This document shows, piece after piece, positions 25,801 to 37,807 of a stretch of 64,000 bases of DNA. Origin of the DNA: Phoronis australis (lineage: Eukaryota; Animalia; Phoronida); NCBI GenBank assembly GCA_002633005.1, contig NMRA01000197.1, forward strand, positions 384,534 through 448,533, written 5' to 3'. The position numbers were made by a program, and so were the translations under genes. Positions within the stretch are counted from its first letter, which is position 1; the number at the start of each line of letters is the position of its first letter. The notes beneath the pieces were generated by a model. It was not told the origin of the DNA. It was given only the letters and a program-made list of their open reading frames with translations, and made no database searches.

Positions 25801-27660
25801 TTGGAATGGTAGTGTGGACATTTGACAAGTTACATTAAATTGTTTGGTAAATAGGCAACTGTTTTCACAGATTTAGCACTCAAATTTCTTGTTTTTCATT
25901 CTCCTTTTCATTGGTCTTCAAAATGCCCATGAAAACGATATTATTATTATGACTGGATTAAACATAAGTTAAAGGTTAACACAGATATTAAAGTTTGTCT
26001 TCTGTGAAAACAAAACTTTTGGTTTAGACCACTTACTGCTTTGGGCAACTTGTTCTTTACATGGATTACAAGTGCTTTATGGGCTGTCTGATGTAATGGC
26101 TTAATACATTGCTCACTAAACTGGTTTGGCCTGACGTGTAACAATCATCTTCAGCCTGAGTGTACTCCATCTAGTGTCTTATCAGCCTATATGGTTGCCC
26201 ATATTCATTTGTGCACACAGGATAACTAAATAGTAGGTCAATCCAACTTCCTGAGCCCAGTCTTGAGCAGTAGGCGGAATCGTTTTTAAGCCCACAAGTC
26301 ACTAACCTGAGTTGGGAACTAGCTGAAACCAACATTAAGTGGTTTAAAACAAAGATTTTATGCTGGAAAGTGGGGTTCATAATGGTTTTCATATCATGAC
26401 TGTATAGCTGGAATCACTTAGCTGGGGCTTATGTGTGTGAGGTTTATTTATAAAAGTGCCATTCTCTGTAGACGGTGACATAATCTACTTAGTCTACTGG
26501 TGAGTTCAAGGCTCAGTCTTGTTAAAAAGACTTGTTGTTCTCTTTAGACGATGGCATAACCTACCACTCACATCGGACATTCTTCTATGCCCATGGCCAG
26601 ATTCGTTTTGCACGTGTTCTTCGTGTTGTCTTTGTGACCTCGCAGTTTGCCTTGACCCCTGACCCTGCACCTTATTTACTCAACTACAAGACGTTCATCC
26701 CGGTGTGGCTAGAGCGAGGCAGTGGCCCAGGCAACTGGAAGTTTGAGAACTTAGCCCAGACCATGAACCGAGTGGACATGTGGCTCAAATGCACTGGTAT
26801 GGTCCTACAATATGTTGTTTATTTATTGTTGTTATTTTAATTATTTAATCATTTTTTGTATTTAAAATTACCTTGATCTCTTCGGTATGCTTCGATATGG
26901 TATAAGTAAGTCTTTCTACAAACAATATTTTGGTCACATGAACTATTTTAGTTAAGTCTGAAGAGCTCTTTGTCCCGACCGGGGCTTGCACCCGGAACTA
27001 TCTGCACGGTTACCAGAAATTCTCAGACAGAGATATTTCAGACTTGTGATGTGACCAACATGTGGTGTGTAAGAAAAGTTGTAAACCTTCCTAAGTCGCT
27101 TTGTGAAACAACAAAATAAATTGTTCGATCCACCCAAAACATAACAATACAAATGGTTTTCAAAGTACTTGCTTAGTTGAGAAACCTCAAGAGTTCCCCA
27201 TGTGTTATTTTTATTTTTTGAATTGACTGGTTAAGATTGTGAGACATGCCTGTAGTAGGGACTGTCTAGTGCTTAAGGACATGTTGACAGTATCATCTAG
27301 TGTCCAGTTATGTCATAAAATGGCTGAATGTGCTCAGCGAAGATGACAAAGTTTAATTCTTCTGTGAAATGCTCAACTTGTATGTTGTCATGGTAACCTT
27401 ATCATCTCCATTAGGCTGTTTACTATCGATTCACTCACTTTACAGGTGCCAAAGTTGTGTCTGTTGATACTCTACCTGTACGTATGATGCCCCCGTTCTA
27501 CCACCAGTCCGAGCGCACTATGACCTATCACCTCAAGTCAGGTCACTACAATCTATTTGCCATCCGGCTGTACATCACCGGCGACTACAAAGAGCCTCCA
27601 CCAAGCATGTTGCCCCCGGTACCAGCTGAACCCAAGAAAGAATCGTGCACCATCTTATAG
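16844..27660 (+). CDS. Uncharacterised 429-aa protein with four internal ~90-aa repeats and a C-terminal CaaX box (CTIL)
   Basis: Exons 16844-17013, 19255-19419, 20762-20934, 24008-24160, 25363-25527, 26548-26796 and 27446-27660, all GT-AG and phase-compatible, join into an open 1290-nt frame: MSRPHTPQAKATTFLEMS...DHIDFVPNC...FEKFDTLVSRANDWLKQQ...PAEPKKESCTIL*. Acceptor at 16829-16830 precedes the ATG. Confidence 0.88.
17240..18215 (-). repeat. Degenerate tandem core of the HINE-like family (reverse orientation), with six CTCF-like motifs
   Basis: Reverse complement resembles 48025-48600. Recurrent gcgcc(t/a)cctagtggc-type motifs about every 125-155 bp. Confidence 0.7.
18272..19024. mobile_element. 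hAT-like MITE with 5-bp TSD, containing a tRNA-like fragment
   Basis: Ends CAGTGGCGGATCTAGG...CCTAAATCCGCCTATG, flanked by tattg on both sides. tRNA A/B-box-like segment on the - strand at ~18478-18542 (gtggtgtagtggtaa...gagttcgaatc). Confidence 0.7.
20967..21054. repeat. ~88-bp palindromic mini-element; second copy inverted at ~56433-56520
   Basis: Arms gcccgaattttgagaaccagttt / aaactggttcttaaaatacgggc around a short spacer. Confidence 0.8.
21204..23527 (-). mobile_element. Kolobok-like element remnant with a degenerate THAP domain
   Basis: TTAA on both flanks (21200-21203 and 23528-23531) with AG...CT ends and imperfect TIRs. From 23244 on the - strand, with one frameshift: MPLCVVCG/NVSGNGIHLHNFPTDHVVCRAWNRSVSTAR, matching the THAP N-terminus (MP-C-V-GC-N...LH-FP-D...W). 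Confidence 0.6.
24803..24920 (+). mobile_element. tRNA-derived SINE head (degenerate)
   Basis: A-box-like cctagtggttgag and B-box-like ggtttcaaatccc. Resembles 58076-58195. Confidence 0.45.
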
Positions 27661-30022
27661 AATCTTAGCCTCTCCTAAGTTAGGGAACTCTCAGCTCCTT
27701 GTCACCAATTATAGATGAAAATAATTGACACTTTTAAAAAATGGCAGTCATTTATTTGTTGATTCTCACTGTTACTTAGCTTTTTTATAAAAAATGTGAA
27801 ATTAAAACTTCACTTGTTCACCATATTGTGTCCAAAATTGGTAAGATATTTAATTGGTAATTCTTCATTTGTCAAATTTGTATTTTTTCTGTTTTTTATT
27901 TATAACGTTGCTGGAAACTTTGCCAAATGTTGCTCTTTGACATCAGATAATAATAATAAAGTAAAAATTTATTGAATTTATTTTAGTTGAGAAATTTAGC
28001 AATGTAAAATTTCACTTGTCCACCATATTTTGTGTTCAATAGGTGACAAATTACCTTACATATTGTGACTAATGAATGAAATTAGTTCCTTTTTAAAGTC
28101 GCCCTGTGTACTTTCAGTGTAACTAAAAAAATGGAAGAAGAAAAATGGTTTCATACTAGATTTGGAAAACTTGTGTTGTTGAGTGTCCACTATAATCTTC
28201 CCAGCTCTAGGAGAGCAATTGTCTTGCATCTAGTGAGGCATGGAGTCAACTCCATTCAAAGGCAATCACTCAGTTGTCTCTGTAGTGTCTTGCCTGTACA
28301 CTTCACTTGTCACATTACAAGTCAGTGTCATTAAAGGGAAACTGTGTGTGTTTACTCCAAAGATGAAATGCATGCTAGTGTTGAGCGTCATATTAGAAAT
28401 AGTCTTGCCAAAGTGAATATGTGGCTGTTTCGATTATACGTGCAGGTAAATTGTCTGAAAATGATTGAGACGGAAGACAGTTCAATTCCACACGAAGCCT
28501 TTGAGAGAACATTGCTAGTTTGGGCCACAGGCGTTGTATGGTATTAAATATTGATTGATTGTATTTTCACGTGTATGATATGTAAAAACATATTATTTGT
28601 GACTATTTTCACAGTTCAAACTTGTATGTAAAATTTGTTTTGTAGAATAGTCTGTTGCAAGACGTGTGTGCGTCGATGCTAGATATAGTTTAAAATCTAC
28701 CACGAGGTGGTGTATAATAACTGCATGGTGCTGACCACATTATGTGATCAAAGTTTTAAGTGTTCCTTAGTCTAGAGCGGAAATTTATTTTATGTCCCGA
28801 CCAACTACGGTTTTGTTCTTGAAGTTTTTAAACTTTATCACTGTAAGTATGAAAGACAATTAATTTAAATGTTATGTCTTGACAGTAGCTGTGGTTTTCA
28901 TTTTTCAAGTATCTTGCTTTGTTAAATTAAGACCGTGTAATATAACTGGGAAGTCGATAAAACTGATGAGGTGTTGAAGAGCAAGCTTAAAGTTCCAATA
29001 GTTTGCATCCCGCATTTCAAACGCTGGCTGTATCACCTTAAGAATTTTCTTTTTGAGGGCATCATAGAAATAGTGAGTTTCTGACGACCCCAGACGTGGA
29101 ATGTATTACAGTGTCTTTAAAAATGGTGTCCAAACCGTGTCAAATGAGATCTGAAAATTTTCATGTGTTCGAAAGCAGCTATGTGCATGTGTTATGATAG
29201 CACAATTTGCCGCAATGCTGATTTATCAGGAATGTACAGTTATCCAATAACCTCTAAACATCCTTAATACTATACTGAATGTACAGTTCTCTTGCCTTAG
29301 ACTTTGTTATCAAATAACATCTAAATATCTTTAATACAATATTTAATTTCTTCAAACATCCATAACCTGCTGGTGGATTTAAAATATTAGCTGTGTTTAA
29401 AACCATTCGTGTAAGAATTTAATAATGTATATCAATTTGGCAACAGTTATTGAAAGATATTGCATTTAATTGCATTCTATCGTATTGTATTTACTATTGT
29501 ATTGCATTTCTTATTGTACTGTATTTCTTATTGTATTGATGTCCATGCTTTTTTAAACAGTGATGATGTTGCTGCTGATATGTCCGTTCAGGTGTATCTT
29601 CAGTGCATCATTCAGGTGAACCATATTTTAATATTTTTAAGAAGGGGATATAAATCTGCCTTTGATCACAAAAAATTATTTAGACGACTTGATTTCAAAA
29701 TATTTCCTTTGTCAAAATATGTGTGATTCCTAGCGTTGTTAAGAACTGACAGGTTGCTATTGGTTGAGTGTAACTGTGTTAGAAGTTGTCACAACTTCAC
29801 GTTCTATTTGTTAAGTATGGTATCATGTAATAGGTAATGTTAGTTCTCTGTAAGTCCAAAGTTATTTTCTCATATTTTAAGCTATTTTGTACTGGTAAGT
29901 GGTTTAAATCATCATTTTGTTTCTTTGATAGAATGAGGGTTTATTGTCACTTTGAATAATATTTTGTGAGGTCTGTCCGCATCATTTTCAAGTTATGTAA
30001 GGGACATATTTAGAATCTCTGG

Positions 30023-30140
30023 CATAGATGTAGGCAAATCATTGATATTGTGTTATATTTCATAGATGTAGGCAAATCATTGATATTGTGTTATATTTCA
30101 TAGATGTAGGCAAATCATTGATATTGTGTTATATTTCATA
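30023..30140. repeat. 38-bp tandem repeat, 3 copies
   Basis: Unit catagatgtaggcaaatcattgatattgtgttatattt. Confidence 0.95.
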
Positions 30141-30887
30141 ACTTTGTGTTGGGCTTTTGCTGAATTTATTAATTTAATAAATCTGTTTATTTACCTGACA
30201 CAATTCTCGCTTTAATATATTTGCACTGGACTAGTACCCTAGCATGGGATGGCATTTGGCGGTTTATACATAGTCACTGATCTTTATGTTCAGCAAACAT
30301 TCCTCAGCAATTTTAATCTTTTTAGGGTTTATCATGTTAGGTTTATTAACCAAGAAATTATTGATGGATGTTCCTGAGTTGGGCTACGTATCCTAACAAA
30401 AGATAACAGTGACTTAGTACAAAACAAATAATTATTTTCAAGGAAACTCGTAGGGATTAGGCTTGAAATGGGCATGACGTTATTCTAAATACGGCTAAAA
30501 TGGGAGAAGAGAGATGACACTTGTCAGTACTCTCGTTCCCCACACTCACACTCGGTCTGATTCGGAATAACTTAAGTTTGTATATCTACATTTACGTACT
30601 AGGCTTATCTACATGACGACTACAGAGCGATTCTCCCTAAACAAGTACCAAACTTTTGCGAACATCTGTTCTGTTTGAAATGGTGACCCGAAGCTTTGCA
30701 TGAACCTGTACAATTTTCAGTACTGCGAATAGACGCTGTTATGTAGCTCCGCTGTGAAAAGATTGTTAAACTCCGCGACATGTCATCGTTTCTCGGCAGT
30801 GTCATGCGCGCACCCAGCCTTGAAAATGGGGGGACTCGAATTTCTGTCGATGTGGACCTTTTGCTGACAAAAAATCGTGAGAACTAA

Positions 30888-31145
<258 letters not shown>

Positions 31146-32757
31146 GGGTACCACCCTTCAGGACTGTGAACTGTGTGTATGCGTCTTTTTTAGTGAACTT
31201 TTGTCTCGTTTTGTCCGACGTTTTGTTTCTCTGGGGTGGACCTTTTTGCCCACTTCGTCAAATGGCCCCCCCCCGGGTGCGAGCATGAGTGTGTACTAAA
31301 TTTCACATTATTTCACGTCTTCCCGTGCTTCATTGGACTAAATACAACGTCCAAGCATCGAGTGGGCGGAAAGCCACTATCAGTAAAAAACGTTCAATAT
31401 AAGCGTGAGCTCAATAAAACTGAAGACGGTCTGCATGATTTAAAGTTCCTCAGTCAATGCCTTTACTGGAAAAAATATTAACGAAAGTTTGGGTCCCGTT
31501 TAAGAGAATTAACGTGTATTAATCGTAACTTATATTACTTCAGTGAAAATTTATCGATAAGATGAAGAATTCTGCAAACGCTCCACTGCGCAAAAGCATG
31601 GTTAGGTTGACACTCGTTGTCCGGATGAAATCAATGAGCATAAATGGGATACTATCACTCGACGTTAATAAGGACTTTCGTGAGGCCATTTTATGGGAGA
31701 GTAAAAGGATTCGATTTCAGTTGTTAGCTAACGTGCAGAGCGCGAAGTGCAGCTTTAAACAATAAGTTAAACTTGATTAGTTCATATTGGAGACGTCGGC
31801 AAACCTCGACGCCATTTTTACAGTACTAAAGTTAATTATGACACTGTCTTTCACTTTGGATCATTTATTTAACCTAGGAACCACGTTCCTAGATTTAACC
31901 AAATAAATCCTGGATTAAACTTAACCTAACTAATGAATTTTTTTGTGATACCGACAGTTGGCACAACATGCTGACTTCGAATGCTTCAAGCCGTTCAAGC
32001 CGAAGGTTTTCTATTCGTCGCGGTAATTAGTGCCTGGATGACAGAAAATGATATTTTTAAACATGTTTGGCTTACTGAAATTTAATACCTCGTAAAATGT
32101 TAACGTGTAGAATCATTCTTTAGCGGAAGAAATGCGATCAATCAAAAATTTGCCCACTAGCCCTGCCTGCGACGGGATTTTTGGCAAAAGTTTTGACTGT
32201 CGTAGTTTTTTTTTTTTACAGTGATTCAAGTTTCAATAGGCGTAAAGGATATGTGTCGTGACATCGGACAAAAGACTGAGCTGGCGATTAACAAAACAGA
32301 ATGATTGATATCAGGCCTCTGAAAACCGCTATCGCCGGAATTCGGACTAAAGGGAAATTAGTTGGGGAATAGTTCGTGAATTTTCAGCCACTTTTCCTCC
32401 AAAATGTTTTTCGTTAGTTGGCCGAAATATTTTAAGGGCACTGTTTTTATTCTTTATCAATATTGAATCAAAATTTGTTTTTAGAGTTCTTAATTTTACT
32501 GAATCTTGCGTGAGAAATATAACAATGCTTTAGGCTTACGCTCCTACTGAGGCGTTGGTGGCGGACATTGAATTAGTAACCAGCTCAGGCCGCCTGTCCG
32601 GTACGTGTAATCGACATGATAAGTCCTACGTTTGAGTTAAATTTTTATTGAGCCAGAATTGCATGTTTCAGTGGAAAAAAGAGAAGTCTCTGGTAGTGAA
32701 CGCCAAAAAGTGGTGCGGGGAGCGGGCCAAAAGGGCCCGGTACATAACAGTATTATT

Positions 32758-33568
32758 GCTGCGCGTGAACTTGGAATGTTACGGCTTAATCTCTAGATCG
32801 CGAGTGCGTGAACCTCGAATACGCGTAGAAACTTGGCAAGTTTACTCAAATAATCACGTTTACGTTGACAAAAATTCACACTGCACCAAATCAAATTACA
32901 TGTTAATAAAATAACGTAAATTTTAACTAATATTTTTCAATTCCACGTGACTGATCAAGTCATTGCCGATCTAAATCACCAAAAAATCATAATCAGTTAT
33001 TTAACCGTTGAACCTCGGGCCGATTGGCAGAAGTTACGCTCAATGGGTGTCCATCATCCCATCATCATGAGGCTAATAGTTACAAAAAATTCTTTACGCT
33101 GAACAAAAAAAATAACCTGATTGCCCAAATGAATATTCAAGTTCACGCATACGCGATCTTGAGATTATAACTGAAGCCTTAGAGTAGGAGTTCCAAGTTC
33201 CGAGACACAGCATTACTATGACTGTCTTTTGGGTAAACTCTTTCGGCATGCGTGAACTTGGATTTGAATATTCTTTAAAGCAACCAGGGGAATTTTTTTG
33301 TTCAGTGAAAAGAATTTTTGTAATTATTGGCCTCACGATAACCCATTTTCTCTTTTACCGTGTTGCACCGGAGGATGTTGAATGGCTAAATCAGTTATTG
33401 TTTGGTGAAATACAAGGATCGCCAGTAGTTGAAAAGGTTGGTTAAAATTGGCATTCTTTTATTCAAATGTAATTTAATTTAGTGCAGAGCAAATTTTTAT
33501 GAAAGTGAACGTGATCATTTGAACGAACTTGTCAAGTTGTATCGCGTATTCCAAGTTCACGCACAGCA
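32758..33568. mobile_element. Foldback MITE (gctgcgcgtgaacttggaat...attccaagttcacgcacagc)
   Basis: Terminal and internal inverted copies of cgtgaacttggaat. A shorter family member lies at 55534-55959. Confidence 0.7.
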
Positions 33569-33599
33569 AATTGCGGTCACCAGCCTCCCGTTCAGTAAC

Positions 33600-33876
33600 A
33601 CTGGGACCTCGCTAAAAAGCAAGACTTCGCGAGATTACGTGAGATATTGCCGTGCATTTTAAATAAGAGCACGTGACTTAGACTAAGTTATAGCTAGGAC
33701 CTAGCGTCTACTGAACGCACGCCAGATGTCAGTAATGTAGTTTCTTGATTGTGAACTCGGTTATGGTTCTCCGAGGTCTGTATCTGTTATTTACGAACAC
33801 ATTACGTGTTTATGAGGCGCATTGAGGCAGAACACACGGTTTTGGAAGAATTTGACTGTACTACACACAGGTAATA
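33600..33876 (+). promoter_or_regulatory. Putative NKIRAS promoter and non-coding first exon
   Basis: CpG-rich stretch ending in donor cag|gtaata at 33870/33871. The NKIRAS ATG exon is preceded by acceptors. Inference. Confidence 0.4.
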
Positions 33877-34349
33877 ATGGTTTTGACCAACTCATTCTTT
33901 CCCAAAGTATCCAAAATGACCGAACGATTCACGGCAGTTTACTTACTAGTAGATAGATGGACTACTTACTGTTCATCTCGTTTCGTGTATCGTCGGAATT
34001 TCGAATTTCGGCACATTTTCGCGTACACTTTGCATGTTATATATAAACTGTATGAGAAGTATTGTCTAAAAAGACCGAGATAAGTTTTGTCCAGACTGGA
34101 AGACATTGTGCAGCTGTGGATTACTGCGAGGTAGGTAATTACAGACTTATATGAGGGCCAGGGGCGGATCCAGGATTTTGAGTTGGGGGGGCAGGGCAGA
34201 GTATTAGCCAGGATTTCGCCGTTAGAAATTCGCACCCCCCACTGCCAAATGGAATCTGGGAGAATTTTAGGGGGGGCATGGCCCGGCTCCTTGGGCCCCC
34301 CCTTAAATCTGCCACTGACTACACTCTTTTATAGAATACACTGTAGTCT

Positions 34350-36731
34350 CAGTGGCGGATCTACGTTTTCAGCAAGGGGGGGTTTAGGATTCCCGCCAAG
34401 GTCGAATCCTAGGCGCGAAGCGCCGAGCGGGAGGAGGTCAGGAGGGGGGTTTCCCCTCCCGTGTAAGAAATTTTTTAGTTTTTGTAGCCAAATAGTGAAA
34501 TTTCCATGCATCCTGGTAAGTTTCTGGCACTTAACATGTCTCTGGAGTTTTTCTTAAGATAATTAAAAACCCTTCTCGATTTCGTCACATGAACTTGGCA
34601 CATAAGTTTCGTGAAACCATATTGTGCACATCTGGGTATGAGTCACGCCACCAGCAAAAATTTTTGTTGGAACATCTGCTTACACACACCTTTTTTAGCA
34701 TATGAAAAGTCGTATACGAAAAAGTGGGGTGTGTATACAGGGGTTTAGACAATTTCCAAATATTCAAGAGCATAATTAAGGAGCACCGACGAGGCGTAAA
34801 AACTTGAATATCAGATGATCGCGTAACAGCAGCCTCAAGCTGTTTAAGAACGAAGACCTGTACTGTTACTCTGGAAATAAACATGTGTTCTGTCTCGTTG
34901 CGAGAAAAACTGGCGAACGATGGTGCTCTCAACTCATAGTCTATTATTAAAAGCGACAATGAATAATTAGGTATCACTTTATTGAGCTGAATCACGTTGA
35001 CAACAATTGAAAAACGTCAAATCTATCAGGAAACAAGTTATCTGAAAACAGTTTCACGAAACCAAAACATCCTGTGCACAGTGGTGAAAAGATACACTGG
35101 ACTAGTTTGCAGAGGGACCAGATGTACGCTGAGAGTACACAAAAAGCTGACCTGGTCCGTCACGAGATCAAGAGTACACCTGTGGTTATTATCCCTATAA
35201 AAATAGTCGATCTGTCGCAGGAGCAAACAGTACTGGTTGAGATATATTGTTTTACAAAGCACACTTTGGTAAAAAAATCACAAGACTAGTCGCCGAGGGA
35301 CCAGAAGTACACTGAAACTCAACATCTACACAAATCAAGCTGGCCTGGTCCGTCGCGAGACCTAAAGTGTACTATGCAAAAAATTTTGAATTGAAAACTT
35401 CTCTCTAAAATTTTAATCCCCAGTGGTTACTCATGCGTTAGTCCTATCCTTCTGTTGTCTAGACTACTGAGGAATTTGTATATCGGATCCAATGATTTGC
35501 TCGTCTTGGAACCATTCTACCCAGATATCTTCGATGTTTGTTGCCAACTCTTGCACTTTGTCAATGAGCTTGTAAGCCCCTACAATGTCAGCATCTCGTT
35601 TCGCAGCTCAGCTGACACTAAGACCCTTGAGGTTGCCAAGTCCATTCAAAAGACTTACATGCGCAACTAAATTTGATCCGTTCATCATGGACCACTTCAA
35701 ACCTTGACGAAGCATCCCAGGACCTATTTGCATCTCTTGCAATTTTCGAAATAAATGTCCCAATGTCTGAACACTTGAAACCCGAAGTACTAATATCAAA
35801 TAAATGCCCATGGGCATGAGCGTTTCATCGGGTGAGCCTTTCTGCGGAAATTCCGAGTATAGAAGACGGCAGTGTGCTTATTGCAGGTAGACAGACGGTA
35901 GGTGTTGAGGTCGGAACTAGGACTCCTTAGGAGGCCTATTGAACATCGCACGAGTCCCGCAATACTTTGTTGTGAAAGAACAGCCTCCTTGCAATTTCTG
36001 GTACTGTACACTTTTCGCGAATGCGGTCACTTTCTCAATGTGAGTGCCCCCTTGGTCATTCCTTGTATAGACATAACTTCTTATAGAGTGTGTCTTCAAA
36101 CGGACTCGCGACCAGACCACGACGCCCGCCACAATAGCAATTCTTCGGAAAAAGAATTTTTTCAAAAATATTACATGTACATGTACACAATATTACATGT
36201 ACATGTACACTGTATGATATTGCGCAAGACAACTTTACTTTACATCAGTTACAAACGTGTGGAGTGTAATAGAATGACACGACATGAAAGATGAGGTAAA
36301 AACGTTGCACATCAATTCGCCTGAATATCAGGATTGCGGCACCGCATTATTTTCCCTAATCAAATCAAAATATATCTTAGAGTAAAGAAGCTAGTTACCT
36401 AAAGAAATCAGCTGTAGAACTGCTCTTTCAGCGGTGAATCCATCTAAAATGCTTGGCTACTTCAGAAGTGTCGACGGAAGCGCGCGCACAATAAATCCCC
36501 GCGCGTTTTGCCGATGAGCCACAATGACTCAGCAATTCACAACGCAAAAAACTATATTTTCAGAGTGAACCCCCCCTCAATTTTTTCCAAGTTGGTTTAC
36601 TTGGGGTTTACACACGCTGGCAGTGCCGTTTTTGTTTTGCTGGAGACGCTTTTGTTTTTTTTTTTTAATTTTGGGTCCTGGCCCGAGGGGGGGTTTAAAC
36701 CCCCTGACCCCCCCTCGTAGATCCGCCACTG
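34350..36731 (-). mobile_element. Decayed hAT transposon (PRKRIR/THAP12-ZMYM1-like transposase remnant) with 5-bp TSD
   Basis: Perfect 16-bp TIR CAGTGGCGGATCTACG / CGTAGATCCGCCACTG. TSD agtct at 34345-34349 and 36732-36736. The - strand at ~35390-35850 reads TR*NAHAHGHLF...LSVS*AAKRDADIVGAYKLIDKVQEL...WVEWF...IQIPQ*SRQQKDRTN, resembling the hAT TRW...LSxxLQ...D motif region, with stops. Confidence 0.82.
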
Positions 36732-37488
36732 AGTCTCTTAGTGATTCGTGAACCAGCACATTTCATATTTTGTTCCCACGAGCTTTCATGGCTGTGACAA
36801 CCCATATGGCGTGCCAAGGCCGGTTACAAGCGCATAGTGTCCCATGATTTTGAGTTGTTATGTTGCATCAATAAATTAAAGACGAAGTGACTTTTCACTC
36901 TATTCTTCTCGTCATACTGAATAGGGATAAGTTATCATTGTCACCCTGGCTATGCGAGGTACCTATTGGGTGGCACATTGCTTGCAATTGCGGTATTATG
37001 AACGTAATGGTAATTTTCCAACAGTGCTGGATTACATGAAATTATTCGTCTCGATCCACCATGCAAGTTCATTGACAATTCCTAATGATGTGGCCCATAT
37101 CATACCACTGTCTTTTGGACATGCAATATGTTATCATCTTGAGGAAGAGAAAGTCAACATTATATTGCTCATTGCGTTTCCTTGGGGCTAAGGTTGTTTT
37201 TCATTAGTAGAATACACATGACTTGAGTTGCATTGCGTATTTGCCAAACTATTATAAACATTAACATTTGAGGAGCCAAGTTATCACTAATTAACTACCA
37301 TTTCCATATTTTCACATTCACAACTCAGTGATCTTATAGTTTGGCTCTTCAGTGGTTCCTCTCCACTATAGAATTTGATGGATCTCATCAAATGAAGTAA
37401 TGGTTGGCTATATTTGTCTTTAAACTTCGGGATATACAATTTAAGGAAAGCATTCCAGAAATGTTTATAAATGTGTAAATTCAGTTTC

Positions 37489-37770
37489 TGTATTTGTCAT
37501 TACAGTCTGATGAATCATAGATGTACTATAGTCTATGGATGTATTTGTCATTACAGTCTGATGAATCATAGATGTACTATAGTCTATGGATGTATTTGTC
37601 ATTACAGTCTGATGAATCATAGATGTACTATAGTCTATGGATGTATTTGTCATTACAGTCTGATGTGAATCATAGATGTACTATAGTCTATGGATGTATT
37701 TGTCATTACAGTCTGATGAATCATAGATGTACTATAGTCTATGGATGTATTTGTCATTACAGTCTGATGA
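37489..37770 (+). repeat. 51-bp tandem repeat (~5.5 copies) carrying six copies of the acceptor of the NKIRAS ATG exon
   Basis: Unit tgtatttgtcattacag|tctgatgaatcatagatgtactatagtctatgga. Confidence 0.92.
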
Positions 37771-37807
37771 ATTCATTACTTGAAATGTGTTACTAATGGA
37801 CTAAATA

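Noticed and set aside
34159-34317. Short CAGGGGCGGATCC...CTGCCACTG MITE as a third 5-bp-TSD example
   Set aside because: The flanks (agggc / actac) do not match, so no TSD can be claimed.
37465-37770. CRISPR-like or repeat-peptide interpretation of the tandem arrays (also 12313, 30023, 40874, 50090)
   Set aside because: Units are contiguous with no unique spacers, no cas genes are present, and the context is eukaryotic.
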